Virus record (IMG/VR): IMGVR_UViG_3300025154_000055
Strand: one strand, 5' to 3'
Length of the DNA: 64,000 bases
From: an uncultured virus (IMG/VR IMGVR_UViG_3300025154_000055)
Lineage: Duplodnaviria > Heunggongvirae > Uroviricota > Caudoviricetes
Position 1 is the stretch's first letter; each line of letters opens with the position of its first letter. The translations under genes and the position numbers were made by a program. Of the stretch, positions 1-10,331 are shown one piece after another. The notes under the pieces are model-generated. The model was not told the origin of the DNA. It saw only the letters and a program-made list of their open reading frames with translations, and ran no database searches.

Positions 1-2
1 CT

Positions 3-608
3 GGAAGCACCATAGTCGATTTACAGTATTCGTCTGACGGATTTACGTGGACGAGCCTGTTCCTATCCAACCCATTGCCAACCCTGACGCCATCCCAGGT
101 TTTAGCGAGTTTTCCGTCTGATAACACGATCATACCCATTAGTAATGTCATTCGGGCAAATATCACGTCGGCGGGGGATGGCGCAAAGTCCCTAAGCGTC
201 AATTTCCGTGGCGAATTTAATTCCATTACGAGCAGTAGCGGGTCTTCGTCCACGACTACCCAACGAGGACAAGCCATATTTACACAAGACCTGAACCTCA
301 ACTTAGCGGAGGGCGCGTTGCGTCTCAGGAACAGACTAGACCGGACTTTGACGATTCAGAGCGTGTCCGCAGAGGTAGGAACTGCCCCCGGTGGAGCGGG
401 CGTCGTAGTTGACATAAACAATAACGGCACTACAATATTTACAACGCAATCGAATCGTCCCACTATTGAATCTGGGGTAAATTTCGGAGAAACGACCGCG
501 ATTGATATTCCTCAGTGGTTCTCAGGGGATTACCTCACAATGGATATTGACCAAATAGGGATTTCTCCTGTGGGGAGTGATTTGGTGGTGACGGTGGTGT
601 ATCTATGA
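3..608 (+). CDS. virion structural/tail protein, 5'-partial
   Basis: Frame is open from the window start; Thr/Ser/Gly-rich beta-type sequence; overlaps the next tail-like gene. Confidence 0.6.
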   Translation, partial: GSTIVDLQYSSDGFTWTSLFLSNPLPTLTPSQVLASFPSDNTIIPISNVIRANITSAGDGAKSLSVNFRGEFNSITSSSGSSSTTTQRGQAIFTQDLNLNLAEGALRLRNRLDRTLTIQSVSAEVGTAPGGAGVVVDINNNGTTIFTTQSNRPTIESGVNFGETTAIDIPQWFSGDYLTMDIDQIGISPVGSDLVVTVVYL

Positions 609-1606
609 CAAGAATCGTAACAGATGGCGCGGAGATGGGCGATCTCACCATTTTTAATGGAGGATTTACCGCATCCGTCACCAACACGACTTCAAATCCT
701 TCTAGCGGATCACGATGTTATCGATTTGTTAATCCGTCTGGCACAATTAGCGTTCCCTCCAACTCTGAATATTTCGTAAGAACAAGAATTAGACCCGACT
801 CGATAGGCGTAAACAATTTACAAGTCCTTATCTGGCGCAATGGTACAACGACGCTTGGAAACATTATTGTTAATACCGCCAATAACATGGTTGTCACCGT
901 GACGGGTTCTTCTGGGTCATCTGCTGTAGCGGGCGTTCCATCAGCGCAATATTCTTTATTCGAGACTCACGTCAAAATCGCCAATACTGGCGGAGTGATC
1001 GAGTGCGCCATAGATGGAGTTCCTATTTTTGGGTTTACGGGCGACACACAACCCGCATCTCTGACCACGATAGATAACTTCCAATGGGGCGCAGCAGGTA
1101 CTATCCCATTCTACATGGATGATATTGCCATTAACGACACGGCGGGACTAAACGACAATACATGGTGTGGTGACGGCAGGGTTTTGCTGATGACGCCAGA
1201 TGCCGATGGTGACACGATTGAACTGACTCGTGGTGGAACAGACAGTGGTGCGAACTGGTCGCAGGTCGATGAAATTCCGCCCAATAATGATACGGACTAT
1301 GTGTATTCCACGGGGTCAGGGCAATATGACCTGTATCAGTTTACAAGTGGATCGTTGATTGTTCCCGCCGACTCAACCATTGCGAGAGTTTGGGTGGAAG
1401 CAAGGTCGCGTGAAACCGCCGCTGATGGTGACTCTATCCAGTTGGGCATCAAGTCGGGCGGGACGGAAAACTGGTCATCCGATATTGCCGTGACGACTGC
1501 CTACAACCGCTACGTGGGAACTGATATGTTGGTTAATCCTGTTTCGGCAACGACTTGGACAATCTCTGATTTAGACGCCCTACAAGCGGGTGTTAAGGTA
1601 GTCTAA
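605..1606 (+). CDS. putative virion/tail-associated protein
   Basis: 333 aa, Thr/Gly/Asp-rich, coupled to neighbours in a tail module. Confidence 0.6.
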   Translation: MTRIVTDGAEMGDLTIFNGGFTASVTNTTSNPSSGSRCYRFVNPSGTISVPSNSEYFVRTRIRPDSIGVNNLQVLIWRNGTTTLGNIIVNTANNMVVTVTGSSGSSAVAGVPSAQYSLFETHVKIANTGGVIECAIDGVPIFGFTGDTQPASLTTIDNFQWGAAGTIPFYMDDIAINDTAGLNDNTWCGDGRVLLMTPDADGDTIELTRGGTDSGANWSQVDEIPPNNDTDYVYSTGSGQYDLYQFTSGSLIVPADSTIARVWVEARSRETAADGDSIQLGIKSGGTENWSSDIAVTTAYNRYVGTDMLVNPVSATTWTISDLDALQAGVKVV

Positions 1607-1809
1607 TGTCTGAGCGCAGAACGACCGCCATATCGGTAGGTGTTGAACAGCGTCTTCCCAAAGATCGCAGAACGACCGCTTTATCAGTCGGAGTGGAACG
1701 GAGAGACGTTAAAGAACGCAGAATTTCATCCATTGCCGTAATGGTCGAAATCGGCGGCGGGCAACTTGTTTTAGGACATGCTGGGCCACGGATTCAGATG
1801 ATGGTCTAG
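1606..1809 (+). CDS. small protein with three internal RRTTA(I/L)SVGVE-like repeats
   Basis: TAATG overlap with upstream gene; repeats visible in translation. Confidence 0.6.
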   Translation: MSERRTTAISVGVEQRLPKDRRTTALSVGVERRDVKERRISSIAVMVEIGGGQLVLGHAGPRIQMMV

Positions 1810-1817
1810 GAATAATT

Positions 1818-3830
1818 ATGATACACAATGGCGTAGTAGTGGGGAAACCCCTAGTCTCATATAATGACACCAAGTCAAACATCATCGCCCTGTCGGGGTT
1901 GATTGAGGGCATGACCGCCTACGCGACCGACTCTGATGAGTTGGGTACATTTAACGGGTCGTCTTGGTATTGGATTCCCGTCACGTCGGGTAGCTACGTT
2001 CCGATTGTCCACGACATTAACGGGGCTTATCACAATGGATTCCCACTATCGTCCGCGAACGGGGGAACTGGTGTTGCCAATTCGTTCACCCTCGCCATAT
2101 CGGGCAATTCGACCATCAACGGCTCGCTGGTCGGTAACATCAGCGGCGGCGGACTGGTGGATTTTGTGCTTGCCACAGACTCATTAACGATCAGCGGCGA
2201 CGTTGGTTTTGGCCCGTCGTCGTTATTTGGCAACGATCTATTCTTGCAAGACATCAACAATGGGACTATATATCGACAGGAAATCGGCAAGACGTTCATC
2301 GTAAATAATACACTGACGATTTCCGGCGTGGATGGATCAACTCTCACGATACCCGCGACCGGCACTGCTGCGCTGTTGGGCGTAGCGAATGTATTTACAG
2401 CCGTTCAAAAGATCAATGTCAATAATGCTCTGGCGTTGCTTGTCGAGCAAGATGGTGTCAAAGATAATACCTTTATAGTCGATACCGCCAACGCCAGAGT
2501 AGGCGTCAACGGCGTACCCGGCTATGCATTTGATGTGCACATTAGTGCGCCAACGTTCCCAAATACGACCGTCGCGCAATTCATCAACGACAACACTAGC
2601 GACGGCAACATGAATGTCGTGTTCTCCGGTTATTCGTCTAATACCAATCTGGCGTTTGGCACACAACGGGCCGGAGCGTATTTCGTCCTGTTCAACAAAA
2701 ACAACACAAACGGCAATTACACCGGTTTCACTTTTTGGAATGCAACAGGCGGTCAGAGTGCGTCAATCCTCGGCATCAATGTAACGCAAGGCGGCGCGGG
2801 TGTTGCGGAGGGCGCTCTATCATTCAATACACGCAATACCGCGCTTAATCTGCATGAGTCTATGCGGATCGACAAGGACGGTAATGTCGGCATAAATATT
2901 GCAGTGCCGACAAGCCGCTTACACGTCGTTGGATCAGCTGACGCTGTACAGACCTTGATCGTCGGCCATACCACGCAAACGGCGACAGTCGCCAGCATCG
3001 CCCGCGCAGACACGGCGGGTACTGGTGTTAGACCTGTGCTGTCACTTGATTTCAGCGGAAGCGGCGCGGACAACAACGGCGGATCGATACCGCTACTCGG
3101 ACGCAATAGCACCACGGCAGGCGCGGCGATTGCTCGGATTGCGTGGTCATTGCCGACAGCGGCGGTAGGATCGTATAAGGGACGATTTGTACTCTATGCG
3201 TCTGATGCTGGAGGCGAGCGCGAGATCATGCGAGGCGAGGCCAGCGGAACCGCGCCTATGCTGTCATTCTACGGTGTTTCGGCTGTCGTTCAGCAAGCAA
3301 ACAATACCGCAATCGATACTCTGTTATCTAATCTAGGGTTGCGCGCTACTGGTGGCGAATCGTTCTTCGATACTCGCCTCATGTTGCCGATGGGCGAAAT
3401 CAGTTATTTCGATCTGACCGGCACGACTGTTGCCATCGCGGCTCAATCTGACGGTAGCACGAATATGGTTAAGGCAGCGCCAGCTACTACGCTCAACAAT
3501 GACAAGGATTTCGATAATGGCGGAGCAAACGATGGACGACTAAGGTATACTGGCGCGACTACGCGGACGTTTCACGTAGCCTGTACGATCTCAATCGCGC
3601 CTGATGCGGCCAATGACACTTTTGTATGTGGAATTTCCAAGAGTGGAACGGTTGTAGCAGCGTCCAAAGTTTTGCTTCAGGCCACGACTATGGCGGGCAT
3701 CCGCAGTACTGCACTGCACGTTATGGTGTCATTGGCAACTAACGACTACCTAGAACTGTACATTGGAAATATAACAGATGCAGACGATTGTACGGTGCAT
3801 TCGCTAAATATATTTGCAATGGGAATGTAG
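1818..3830 (+). CDS. tail fibre / receptor-binding protein
   Basis: 670 aa; MRIDKDGNVGIN...PTSRLHVVG fibre repeat; C-terminal C1q/TNF-like head ending ...DYLELYIGN...; AGGA RBS. Confidence 0.7.
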   Translation: MIHNGVVVGKPLVSYNDTKSNIIALSGLIEGMTAYATDSDELGTFNGSSWYWIPVTSGSYVPIVHDINGAYHNGFPLSSANGGTGVANSFTLAISGNSTINGSLVGNISGGGLVDFVLATDSLTISGDVGFGPSSLFGNDLFLQDINNGTIYRQEIGKTFIVNNTLTISGVDGSTLTIPATGTAALLGVANVFTAVQKINVNNALALLVEQDGVKDNTFIVDTANARVGVNGVPGYAFDVHISAPTFPNTTVAQFINDNTSDGNMNVVFSGYSSNTNLAFGTQRAGAYFVLFNKNNTNGNYTGFTFWNATGGQSASILGINVTQGGAGVAEGALSFNTRNTALNLHESMRIDKDGNVGINIAVPTSRLHVVGSADAVQTLIVGHTTQTATVASIARADTAGTGVRPVLSLDFSGSGADNNGGSIPLLGRNSTTAGAAIARIAWSLPTAAVGSYKGRFVLYASDAGGEREIMRGEASGTAPMLSFYGVSAVVQQANNTAIDTLLSNLGLRATGGESFFDTRLMLPMGEISYFDLTGTTVAIAAQSDGSTNMVKAAPATTLNNDKDFDNGGANDGRLRYTGATTRTFHVACTISIAPDAANDTFVCGISKSGTVVAASKVLLQATTMAGIRSTALHVMVSLATNDYLELYIGNITDADDCTVHSLNIFAMGM

Positions 3831-3841
3831 GAGGATCGAAG

Positions 3842-4018
3842 ATGAATGATATAGACGAAGCGCGGGCAATGATCGAGGAAGAGAAGCAACAGCGGGCTGT
3901 GGCTTGCGTGACTGAGATTGACGCGACACTCAAGCGGCACAACTGCCAGATCGTCACGCGCCCGATCATTGACGATCAGGGGCGTATTGTGGCGACCGCA
4001 CAAATCGTCGCGCTATAA
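3842..4018 (+). CDS. hypothetical protein (possible fibre chaperone)
   Basis: GGAGG RBS before ATG 3842. Confidence 0.55.
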   Translation: MNDIDEARAMIEEEKQQRAVACVTEIDATLKRHNCQIVTRPIIDDQGRIVATAQIVAL

Positions 4019-4034
4019 TCTAGGCAGGTGTGCC

Positions 4035-4442
4035 ATGCTTAAAAGGATGGGGCGCAGTATCATTTGCGCAGAAACTCGTCCGCTGGAAATCGCCGTAAGC
4101 GTTCAATCAATGTTCTGGGGCGTTCTACTTGTAATGCCGTCCAGTACCTTTGATACGTCTCGCGTGTACTCTGTCATGGCGGTTCTCGCGGATGAATCTG
4201 TATGGGGCGTCATTGCGCTAGTAGTTGGACTTGCCCAACTCGTTATGGCGCACGTGAACAGGCGCGATTGGCGAGGATATATCTCAGTTGTAGCATTGCT
4301 ATTCTGGGGATTTATTGACACTGCGTTCTGGTTGAGCGGAGTTCCTTCTACGGGATCGACGGTCTATCTGGTGACGTGTTTAATGCTGATGTGGTCGATT
4401 ATTAGTCTATACGTTCCGATCCCGAAAAGGAATTGTCCATGA
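4035..4442 (+). CDS. multi-pass membrane protein (holin-like)
   Basis: About 4 hydrophobic segments; lies between tail and lysin genes. Confidence 0.55.
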   Translation: MLKRMGRSIICAETRPLEIAVSVQSMFWGVLLVMPSSTFDTSRVYSVMAVLADESVWGVIALVVGLAQLVMAHVNRRDWRGYISVVALLFWGFIDTAFWLSGVPSTGSTVYLVTCLMLMWSIISLYVPIPKRNCP

Positions 4443-4876
4443 AACCAGAAGAAATCGCGCTTCTGTCAATTGTTGTGTCTGGAATAATGTCTGCGCTAAC
4501 ATTAGTCGTCGGCAGGTTTTTGAGCAGGCGAGTAGATGTTGCGGGCGCTAAATCTCAAGAGGGAGATGCGTCTGTTGCGCTATCTAATGCCGCCCGTATT
4601 CAGATTGAGACGTACAATAAAGAAGTTATCTTGCCTATGAAGCAAGAGATGGAAGAAATCAGGGCAGAGAATCGCGCAATGGAAAATGAGTTGAACGACG
4701 AGAAGGACAAGAACAGAAGACGCATAGCGGGACTAGAAGATGAGATAGCGAGAATTAAAAACGAACTCCGTCGCGCAAACGACGCAATAGAATACTTGGT
4801 CGGAGCGACAAAAGATACGCATCCCAATGAGGTGGAAACAGCTTATAAAATCCTCAATGGACAGTTGCATATGTAG
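4439..4876 (+). CDS. single-TM coiled-coil protein (lysis module)
   Basis: N-terminal TM helix then heptad-rich region; ATGA overlap. Confidence 0.55.
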   Translation: MKPEEIALLSIVVSGIMSALTLVVGRFLSRRVDVAGAKSQEGDASVALSNAARIQIETYNKEVILPMKQEMEEIRAENRAMENELNDEKDKNRRRIAGLEDEIARIKNELRRANDAIEYLVGATKDTHPNEVETAYKILNGQLHM

Positions 4877-4996
4877 GAGATCGTGATTCCCCAAAAAGAC
4901 AGTAGGATTAACGGAATGGAATTCGATGATCTAGTAGAAATACTAAAATTCTACCTCTTGATAAAATGTGTGGTATAATTGTTTCAGGAGGCGGTA

Positions 4997-5698
4997 ATGA
5001 GGACAATATATCTAACTCAGGGAATCTCTTGCGTAGTTGACGACTCCAACTACGAATCTCTATCTATGTATAAGTGGTGTGCGGCAAGGTGCGGAAAGAA
5101 GTTTTACGCGCTTAGAAGGGTGGGCGGACATGCCGTCTATATGCATAGATTTATTATGGGCGACATACCGAATGACACGACCGTTGATCATATCAATGGA
5201 ATAAGCACTGACAACAGAAGAGAGAATCTAAGATTAGCCACGCGACGAGAGAACTCGCTGAATAAGAAACTAATTGACAATATCACAGGGTTTAAGGGGG
5301 TTAAGAAGTCTCTCAAAAATTCTACTCCATCTTGGACTGCAAGAATAAAAGTAAACGGGAAAGAGATTCATCTTGGGAGTTACAGGACGCCGACCGATGC
5401 GGCTATCGCCTACGACGCAGCCGCAAGAAAATATTTTGGAGAATTCTCTGTAACCAATTTCCAACAAAAGATCGACCCGCCTAATAGACTATTATATGTG
5501 AACAATTCATCTGGATACAGAGGGGTTGCGTTTAATGAAAAATGCAATAAATGGTCTGCGGTAATAAAATCAAACAAAGTTACCATATATTTAGGGCTAC
5601 ACGCTACAGCAGAGAGTGCCGCGAGATCATATGATGCGGCGGCCATTAAGTATCATGGCGATGCGGCTAGACTAAATTTTGATACACGAAATGGCTGA
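4997..5698 (+). CDS. HNH homing endonuclease with two AP2 DNA-binding domains
   Basis: YMHRFI...VDHINGISTDNRRENL HNH motif; two FKGV/YRGV...AA.AYD.AA AP2 repeats; AT-rich; CAGGAGG RBS. Confidence 0.9.
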   Translation: MRTIYLTQGISCVVDDSNYESLSMYKWCAARCGKKFYALRRVGGHAVYMHRFIMGDIPNDTTVDHINGISTDNRRENLRLATRRENSLNKKLIDNITGFKGVKKSLKNSTPSWTARIKVNGKEIHLGSYRTPTDAAIAYDAAARKYFGEFSVTNFQQKIDPPNRLLYVNNSSGYRGVAFNEKCNKWSAVIKSNKVTIYLGLHATAESAARSYDAAAIKYHGDAARLNFDTRNG

Positions 5699-5749
5699 TT
5701 CTTTATCTCGCGTTTCGGCAAGAATCTGTTTTTGAAAATTTGGAGAATT

Positions 5750-8203
5750 ATGAAAACATTTTTGGGTGTTCATTATCCGCCCGTTGGTATGCGAAACGGG
5801 ATCGGATCGTTCTTTTCTGCGGGAGCGGCTGGAGTCGTGACGTTCGAGTGCGGATTCCCGACGCAGTCTAATCAATTCTATGCCACGCGCTTTAAGGCAA
5901 ATGGAGAGGATAACCCACCTAATTTCTACACCGACCCATTGCAGGCGGCGCGAGATCATTTCTATGGGCAACAGACAAAGTGGACGCAAAATCCGGGCGC
6001 GAAAGCACGTCTGTCTAATAACGAACTAGACATTGAGACACCGTGGCACGCCTCGCAACAACTGATCTTCAATATGGAATTCATGCGGCTTTGCGAGACG
6101 GTTGGAGAGTTTGCGGGAATCTGTAATTATGCAGGCGGAAATCCGAGCGATAATCAACTCTTGGACGGATCGCCGTGTTCTTTAGAAGACCGATGGCGTC
6201 CATTGCTCCCCGCTATTAAATATGCGGGCGAACACGGACACTATGTTGTCCTGCATATTCATCAGCAAGACAAGGGGAACATGGAGTCCGAGAGTGGGCA
6301 ACAAATCTCGCTCCGTCACAGACGATCTATTGCCTATTGGCTAAATAACGCGGCACATCCAGAATGTGTCATCACTAAGCCGCCTCGCATTATCTTTAAT
6401 GAGGTGAGCAATGGCGTGGGCGGAGTAGAACCGAACGAGGATCAATACTTTACTTCTGTTACGTGGCTAGACCAGTACATGCGGACTGACCCGTATAACT
6501 CTCTTTATACCGTTCTAGGACTCTATCAAGCTGGCGCGGCAGAACCCATCACCGAATCGATGTACAATCGACTTGCAGCGTACATTCAGGCACAGCCCGA
6601 CATTGTGATTAACCCTCTTCCGGTAGATGACCCACAATCTCCGCCTCTGAACATCATTGTTACTGAAAACCTTATCCCGCAAGACACCACACAAGAAGAA
6701 CTAGCCTATGTACAGGCGCAGACGTTTAAGCAGGACGTGCTGTGGTCTGCCGATACCGCTAAGTTCCTTGTGCAAAACGCTCTCCCCGGAAGCAAGGTGA
6801 TTGTGTGGGAACCGAGTCGATGGACGCAAGGGGATATTATTGTCTATCTCGGCGTACCAACTGAAATCAAACATTTCCCCGGAACGCCACAACCGGAACC
6901 CATTCGACTATCGAATCCCGTTCCATCTATACCGTTTCGGGTAACATCCGAATTCGATACTCCGCGAAACTACGCCAACGGCAAACATGAGGGATTAGAC
7001 CTAGACGGGTACAATGACGCTACGGGGCAAACCGTTCCTGTTGTGGCGTGTGCTGATGGTGTCGTAACCACAGTAAATAACACTGTAGTCGCTAATAGCT
7101 ATGGAAAGTATGTCATTGTAGACCATCAGAACTGGTATAAGACGTGGTATTGTCATCTCTCACTTATCACGGTTGTGGTGGGGCAGTCCGTCACTATGGG
7201 TCAACAAATAGGTATCACGGGCGCATCGGGCACTTCTGCTATCCACCTGCACTTAAATCTACAGCATATCGGACACGGATTGTCTGGATATTACATTCCA
7301 GACGTGGTAGACCCTTTGCCGTACATTGACTATGATGAAACTCCCACGCCTACACCAGTGGTTGATACTTATTTCGGTCTGGGATACGGGAATCAGTACG
7401 AGATTCCGCAATCTCATGCTGACCTATACGGAACGGCATTCTCGTCTCAACACAATCCGGCGTTCCTGTTTCTCACCTTGCCCGACTACGGCGCAATGAC
7501 GAGGACGATTCAGAAGATAAAGTCCAAGACGCATAGCGCCTTCCTGATGGCGAGGATGTTCTTTAGTGTGGGGAATACGCCCTTCAGTCCGCAAAACTTT
7601 GTAGACTACTCCCATAACGGCACATCGGCAGCATACGCGAGTGGCATACGCGATTTCCAGCCCGGAAACGAATGGAATATCGAAGGCATGAATATCAACT
7701 GGACTAATGGCGTTCAGTTTGGAAATTGGCTAAAGGAAGTGATTACCATTCTGAAGGGGCGCTATCCTGACGCGAGATTCTGGTATCCGGCATTATCCCC
7801 GAACGCAAGTGCTCCACAGTTCTTTATCGAATCACTTATCACGGGCGTTGGCGCTATGCTACATGGATACTGCTATCACGATTACTTCTGGACTGAATCG
7901 GGCGGACAATATAACATGGTAGATGAGACGGGTGGTTTACAGCACAAGAAACTCCAAAGACTACTCCCCGCCTCGGAACAGGGTAAACCAACGTCCATTA
8001 CAGAGTTTTCGTGTAATACCCCATCAGTCCAGAATTCCGATAAGGGCAGGATGTATAAACGATACCGCGACCTACTAAAGCAAAATGGAGTCCACTCTGC
8101 GTTCTCGTTTGTACTGAACTGGAGTCCAGATAACAATAAAGAGAACTGGGCGAACTCTAATGGCGGAAGTACGGGTATCTATGAGGGGTTTTTGTCGGCA
8201 TGA
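5750..8203 (+). CDS. multi-domain endolysin: M23 peptidase between two glycoside-hydrolase-like domains
   Basis: M23 motifs HEGLD, YCHL, HLH; GH-like GNEWN and ITEF in the C-terminal part; NNE and IFNE in the N-terminal part. Confidence 0.75.
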   Translation: MKTFLGVHYPPVGMRNGIGSFFSAGAAGVVTFECGFPTQSNQFYATRFKANGEDNPPNFYTDPLQAARDHFYGQQTKWTQNPGAKARLSNNELDIETPWHASQQLIFNMEFMRLCETVGEFAGICNYAGGNPSDNQLLDGSPCSLEDRWRPLLPAIKYAGEHGHYVVLHIHQQDKGNMESESGQQISLRHRRSIAYWLNNAAHPECVITKPPRIIFNEVSNGVGGVEPNEDQYFTSVTWLDQYMRTDPYNSLYTVLGLYQAGAAEPITESMYNRLAAYIQAQPDIVINPLPVDDPQSPPLNIIVTENLIPQDTTQEELAYVQAQTFKQDVLWSADTAKFLVQNALPGSKVIVWEPSRWTQGDIIVYLGVPTEIKHFPGTPQPEPIRLSNPVPSIPFRVTSEFDTPRNYANGKHEGLDLDGYNDATGQTVPVVACADGVVTTVNNTVVANSYGKYVIVDHQNWYKTWYCHLSLITVVVGQSVTMGQQIGITGASGTSAIHLHLNLQHIGHGLSGYYIPDVVDPLPYIDYDETPTPTPVVDTYFGLGYGNQYEIPQSHADLYGTAFSSQHNPAFLFLTLPDYGAMTRTIQKIKSKTHSAFLMARMFFSVGNTPFSPQNFVDYSHNGTSAAYASGIRDFQPGNEWNIEGMNINWTNGVQFGNWLKEVITILKGRYPDARFWYPALSPNASAPQFFIESLITGVGAMLHGYCYHDYFWTESGGQYNMVDETGGLQHKKLQRLLPASEQGKPTSITEFSCNTPSVQNSDKGRMYKRYRDLLKQNGVHSAFSFVLNWSPDNNKENWANSNGGSTGIYEGFLSA

Positions 8204-8204
8204 A

Positions 8205-8231
8205 AATCTCTCTAAGGATAGGTTGACATAA
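8205..8231 (+). repeat. 27-bp junction motif copy
   Basis: AATCTCTCTA AGGATA GGTTGACATAA; between lysin stop and next ATG. Confidence 0.85.
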
Positions 8232-8232
8232 T

Positions 8233-8325
8233 ATGTGGAACTTGCTTATTGGTGCTGTTCTTGGTATACTTTCAGTAGTGGGCGCGTTCTTCCTGTGGGT
8301 TTGGAAGAAGTTGCAGGAAATGTAA
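8233..8325 (+). CDS. 30-aa single-TM peptide (MWNLLIGAVLGILSVVGAFFLWVWKKLQEM)
   Basis: Below the ORF-track cutoff; hydrophobic helix plus basic tail; starts right after a 27-bp motif copy. Confidence 0.45.
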   Translation: MWNLLIGAVLGILSVVGAFFLWVWKKLQEM

Positions 8326-8441
8326 CGTGTTATTTGTCGCGTTTGTTGCGGGGGTTGTAGTTGGAATTGCCGCGGGCATACTGGCGTGCGTACTGTACGC
8401 TATATCTCAGATTAAGAATCTAAAACTCTAAGGAGCAGAAA

Positions 8442-8645
8442 ATGACTAAGGATCAGTGGGTGATGGTATTAACGTTCGTGGCGTCGTTGATTTCTTTGGC
8501 AGCATCGACTTTGGCGCTTCCTCCGACCGTAACGCCGTATTTGGTGTTTGCGGTGGGTGTTATCAATTTGGCTCTGGCGGTGTTCTTTGGCGTGAATAAG
8601 CCGGTTGCCGCTTCGTTCAAGGCGGGTGCTGAATCTGTGAAATAA
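8442..8645 (+). CDS. two-TM holin-like protein
   Basis: AAGGAG RBS; two TM helices; downstream of lysin. Confidence 0.6.
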   Translation: MTKDQWVMVLTFVASLISLAASTLALPPTVTPYLVFAVGVINLALAVFFGVNKPVAASFKAGAESVK

Positions 8646-8794
8646 CCCATGAGGGACTACGCGAGAAGTCTAAACAACAGAAAGCGTAGAGACAAGCAAT
8701 TCCAGAAAGCGCACCAAGGGCGGAAAATTCTCTCTGGTCGCAAGAACCGAGTGTCTAAAGGATAATACCGATAGGCACTTTTGGAGTTAGAGAA

Positions 8795-9229
8795 GTGCAT
8801 TTACAAGAAGACGGATGGTCTTGTGGAGCTATATCTTTATCCAACGCATTGCACCTTATGGGCTTGGATATTTCTGTTGACGACGCGAAACGAATTGCGC
8901 GCACCAACCGAAAGATGGGCACGACTCGTTCTGGACTCATTCGCGGGATTAACAATTCTGGGTTCAGGGCAACTCCCTATCATACTCGAAATCCAGATAA
9001 CGCATGGAAGTGGCTAAGGCGACATACGCCAGATTCGGCTATCATCGCCCTTGTCGATAACCAAGAGCACTGGGTAGTATTCTCTAAGGCGATTGCAGAT
9101 AAAATCATCCTGATTGATGGTTCTCCGAATGACGGCGATAATGGCGTGTCTGTGGTAGATAAACAAAGTGCCTTGAGTCGAATGAGCTACTCAGGGCACT
9201 TCTATGCGATTAGGGTGTCTAAGTTTTAA
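8795..9229 (+). CDS. C39-like cysteine peptidase
   Basis: Q-x5-CG (QEDGWSCG), HWVV and LID catalytic pattern. Confidence 0.7.
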   Translation: MHLQEDGWSCGAISLSNALHLMGLDISVDDAKRIARTNRKMGTTRSGLIRGINNSGFRATPYHTRNPDNAWKWLRRHTPDSAIIALVDNQEHWVVFSKAIADKIILIDGSPNDGDNGVSVVDKQSALSRMSYSGHFYAIRVSKF

Positions 9230-9483
9230 GAGGTTTTTACCTTTACATCTTTACCCGTTGAATTTGCCGCAACATACGCTTTTCTCGCTTCTTGGCATAC
9301 CTTGAGTAAAAATTTCAATTCCGTCTCTGTGAGATACAAATCGTCTTCTGGAGAGTCAATCTTGGCAAATACCACTGGTTTCCCCAAGTCTCCAGACGCA
9401 TTCACAACACCGTACAACTCGCCACTTTCATCTCCGAATCGGTAAACCACTTCATCCAACCATGCGTTCATTTTCATTTTCCT

Positions 9484-10275
9484 TTATGATTTTCCGTCCG
9501 CCAAGTGAGCAAACTTCTGGCTCAGTTTCCGCAAATACAACCGCTGAACATCCTTCGGCATGGCCTTTTCAAGCAACACGACTGACGAGTACGGCGTTTC
9601 GCCTTCTGAGTCCTCCGCGCCGACCTCCACGTTGAATGTTCTGAACTCAACCCCAACCGGAATGGGCGCTTCCCACAAGGCGTTCACTTTCAGGTTCTTT
9701 ACCTTGAGGTCTCCCCGAATGGTATCCGAAGCGTCCCTGCTAGACGGCATATCCGCCAGCATATTCAGGTAGTCCCCCGTCTTCTCCACGCCTAACAAAC
9801 CGAAGTTCTTACCTTCGACAACGTTCACGTCCTTACCAGTACCGATGAACTGCGATCCGTCTTCCGCATGAACATCAATCACTCCGGCGTCCTTGAGCTT
9901 AGAGACACTATCTGGAGCAACAGACGCCAACATAAACGCCCGATCCTCCGTCAGTCCCTCCGCTAATGCTGCTGCAATGGTGGTGTAAATCTTTCTCCAT
10001 GACGAGTACGCCATGATCTGAACCCCGCCCGACTTCATCGTACCCAGCCAGTCCATAAGGGGTTGATCGTGATCCATGTCGGGTTGATCGTGACGGTTCT
10101 TGAACGGTTTGTATAGTCCTTTAGTGACGACGTTCCATGTGGCGCGAATCTGACGAACACGAGCGTTTACTTTGTCCTCTTGTGCCTCTAGGATCACTTG
10201 TTCTTGTTCGAGGAGTTGTGCATACCACTCACTTTCTAGTTCCGCTTCTTCTCTCGTGATGACTTCCTGATCCAT
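9484..10275 (-). CDS. hypothetical protein
   Basis: 263-aa ORF with AAGGA RBS. Confidence 0.7.
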   Translation of the reverse strand: MDQEVITREEAELESEWYAQLLEQEQVILEAQEDKVNARVRQIRATWNVVTKGLYKPFKNRHDQPDMDHDQPLMDWLGTMKSGGVQIMAYSSWRKIYTTIAAALAEGLTEDRAFMLASVAPDSVSKLKDAGVIDVHAEDGSQFIGTGKDVNVVEGKNFGLLGVEKTGDYLNMLADMPSSRDASDTIRGDLKVKNLKVNALWEAPIPVGVEFRTFNVEVGAEDSEGETPYSSVVLLEKAMPKDVQRLYLRKLSQKFAHLADGKS

Positions 10276-10331
10276 GATAGTCCTTAATAAAAGGCGAGGT
10301 AAGATTTCTCCTGCCCCGCCCGTGCCTAATC

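Noticed and set aside
407..417. AGTTGACATAA as another junction motif copy
   Set aside because: Mid-gene and lacks the CTCTCTA box; about one chance hit is plausible.
10061..10095. Short direct repeat GGTTGATCGTGA
   Set aside because: Encodes a local HDQP peptide duplication; no sign of wider significance.
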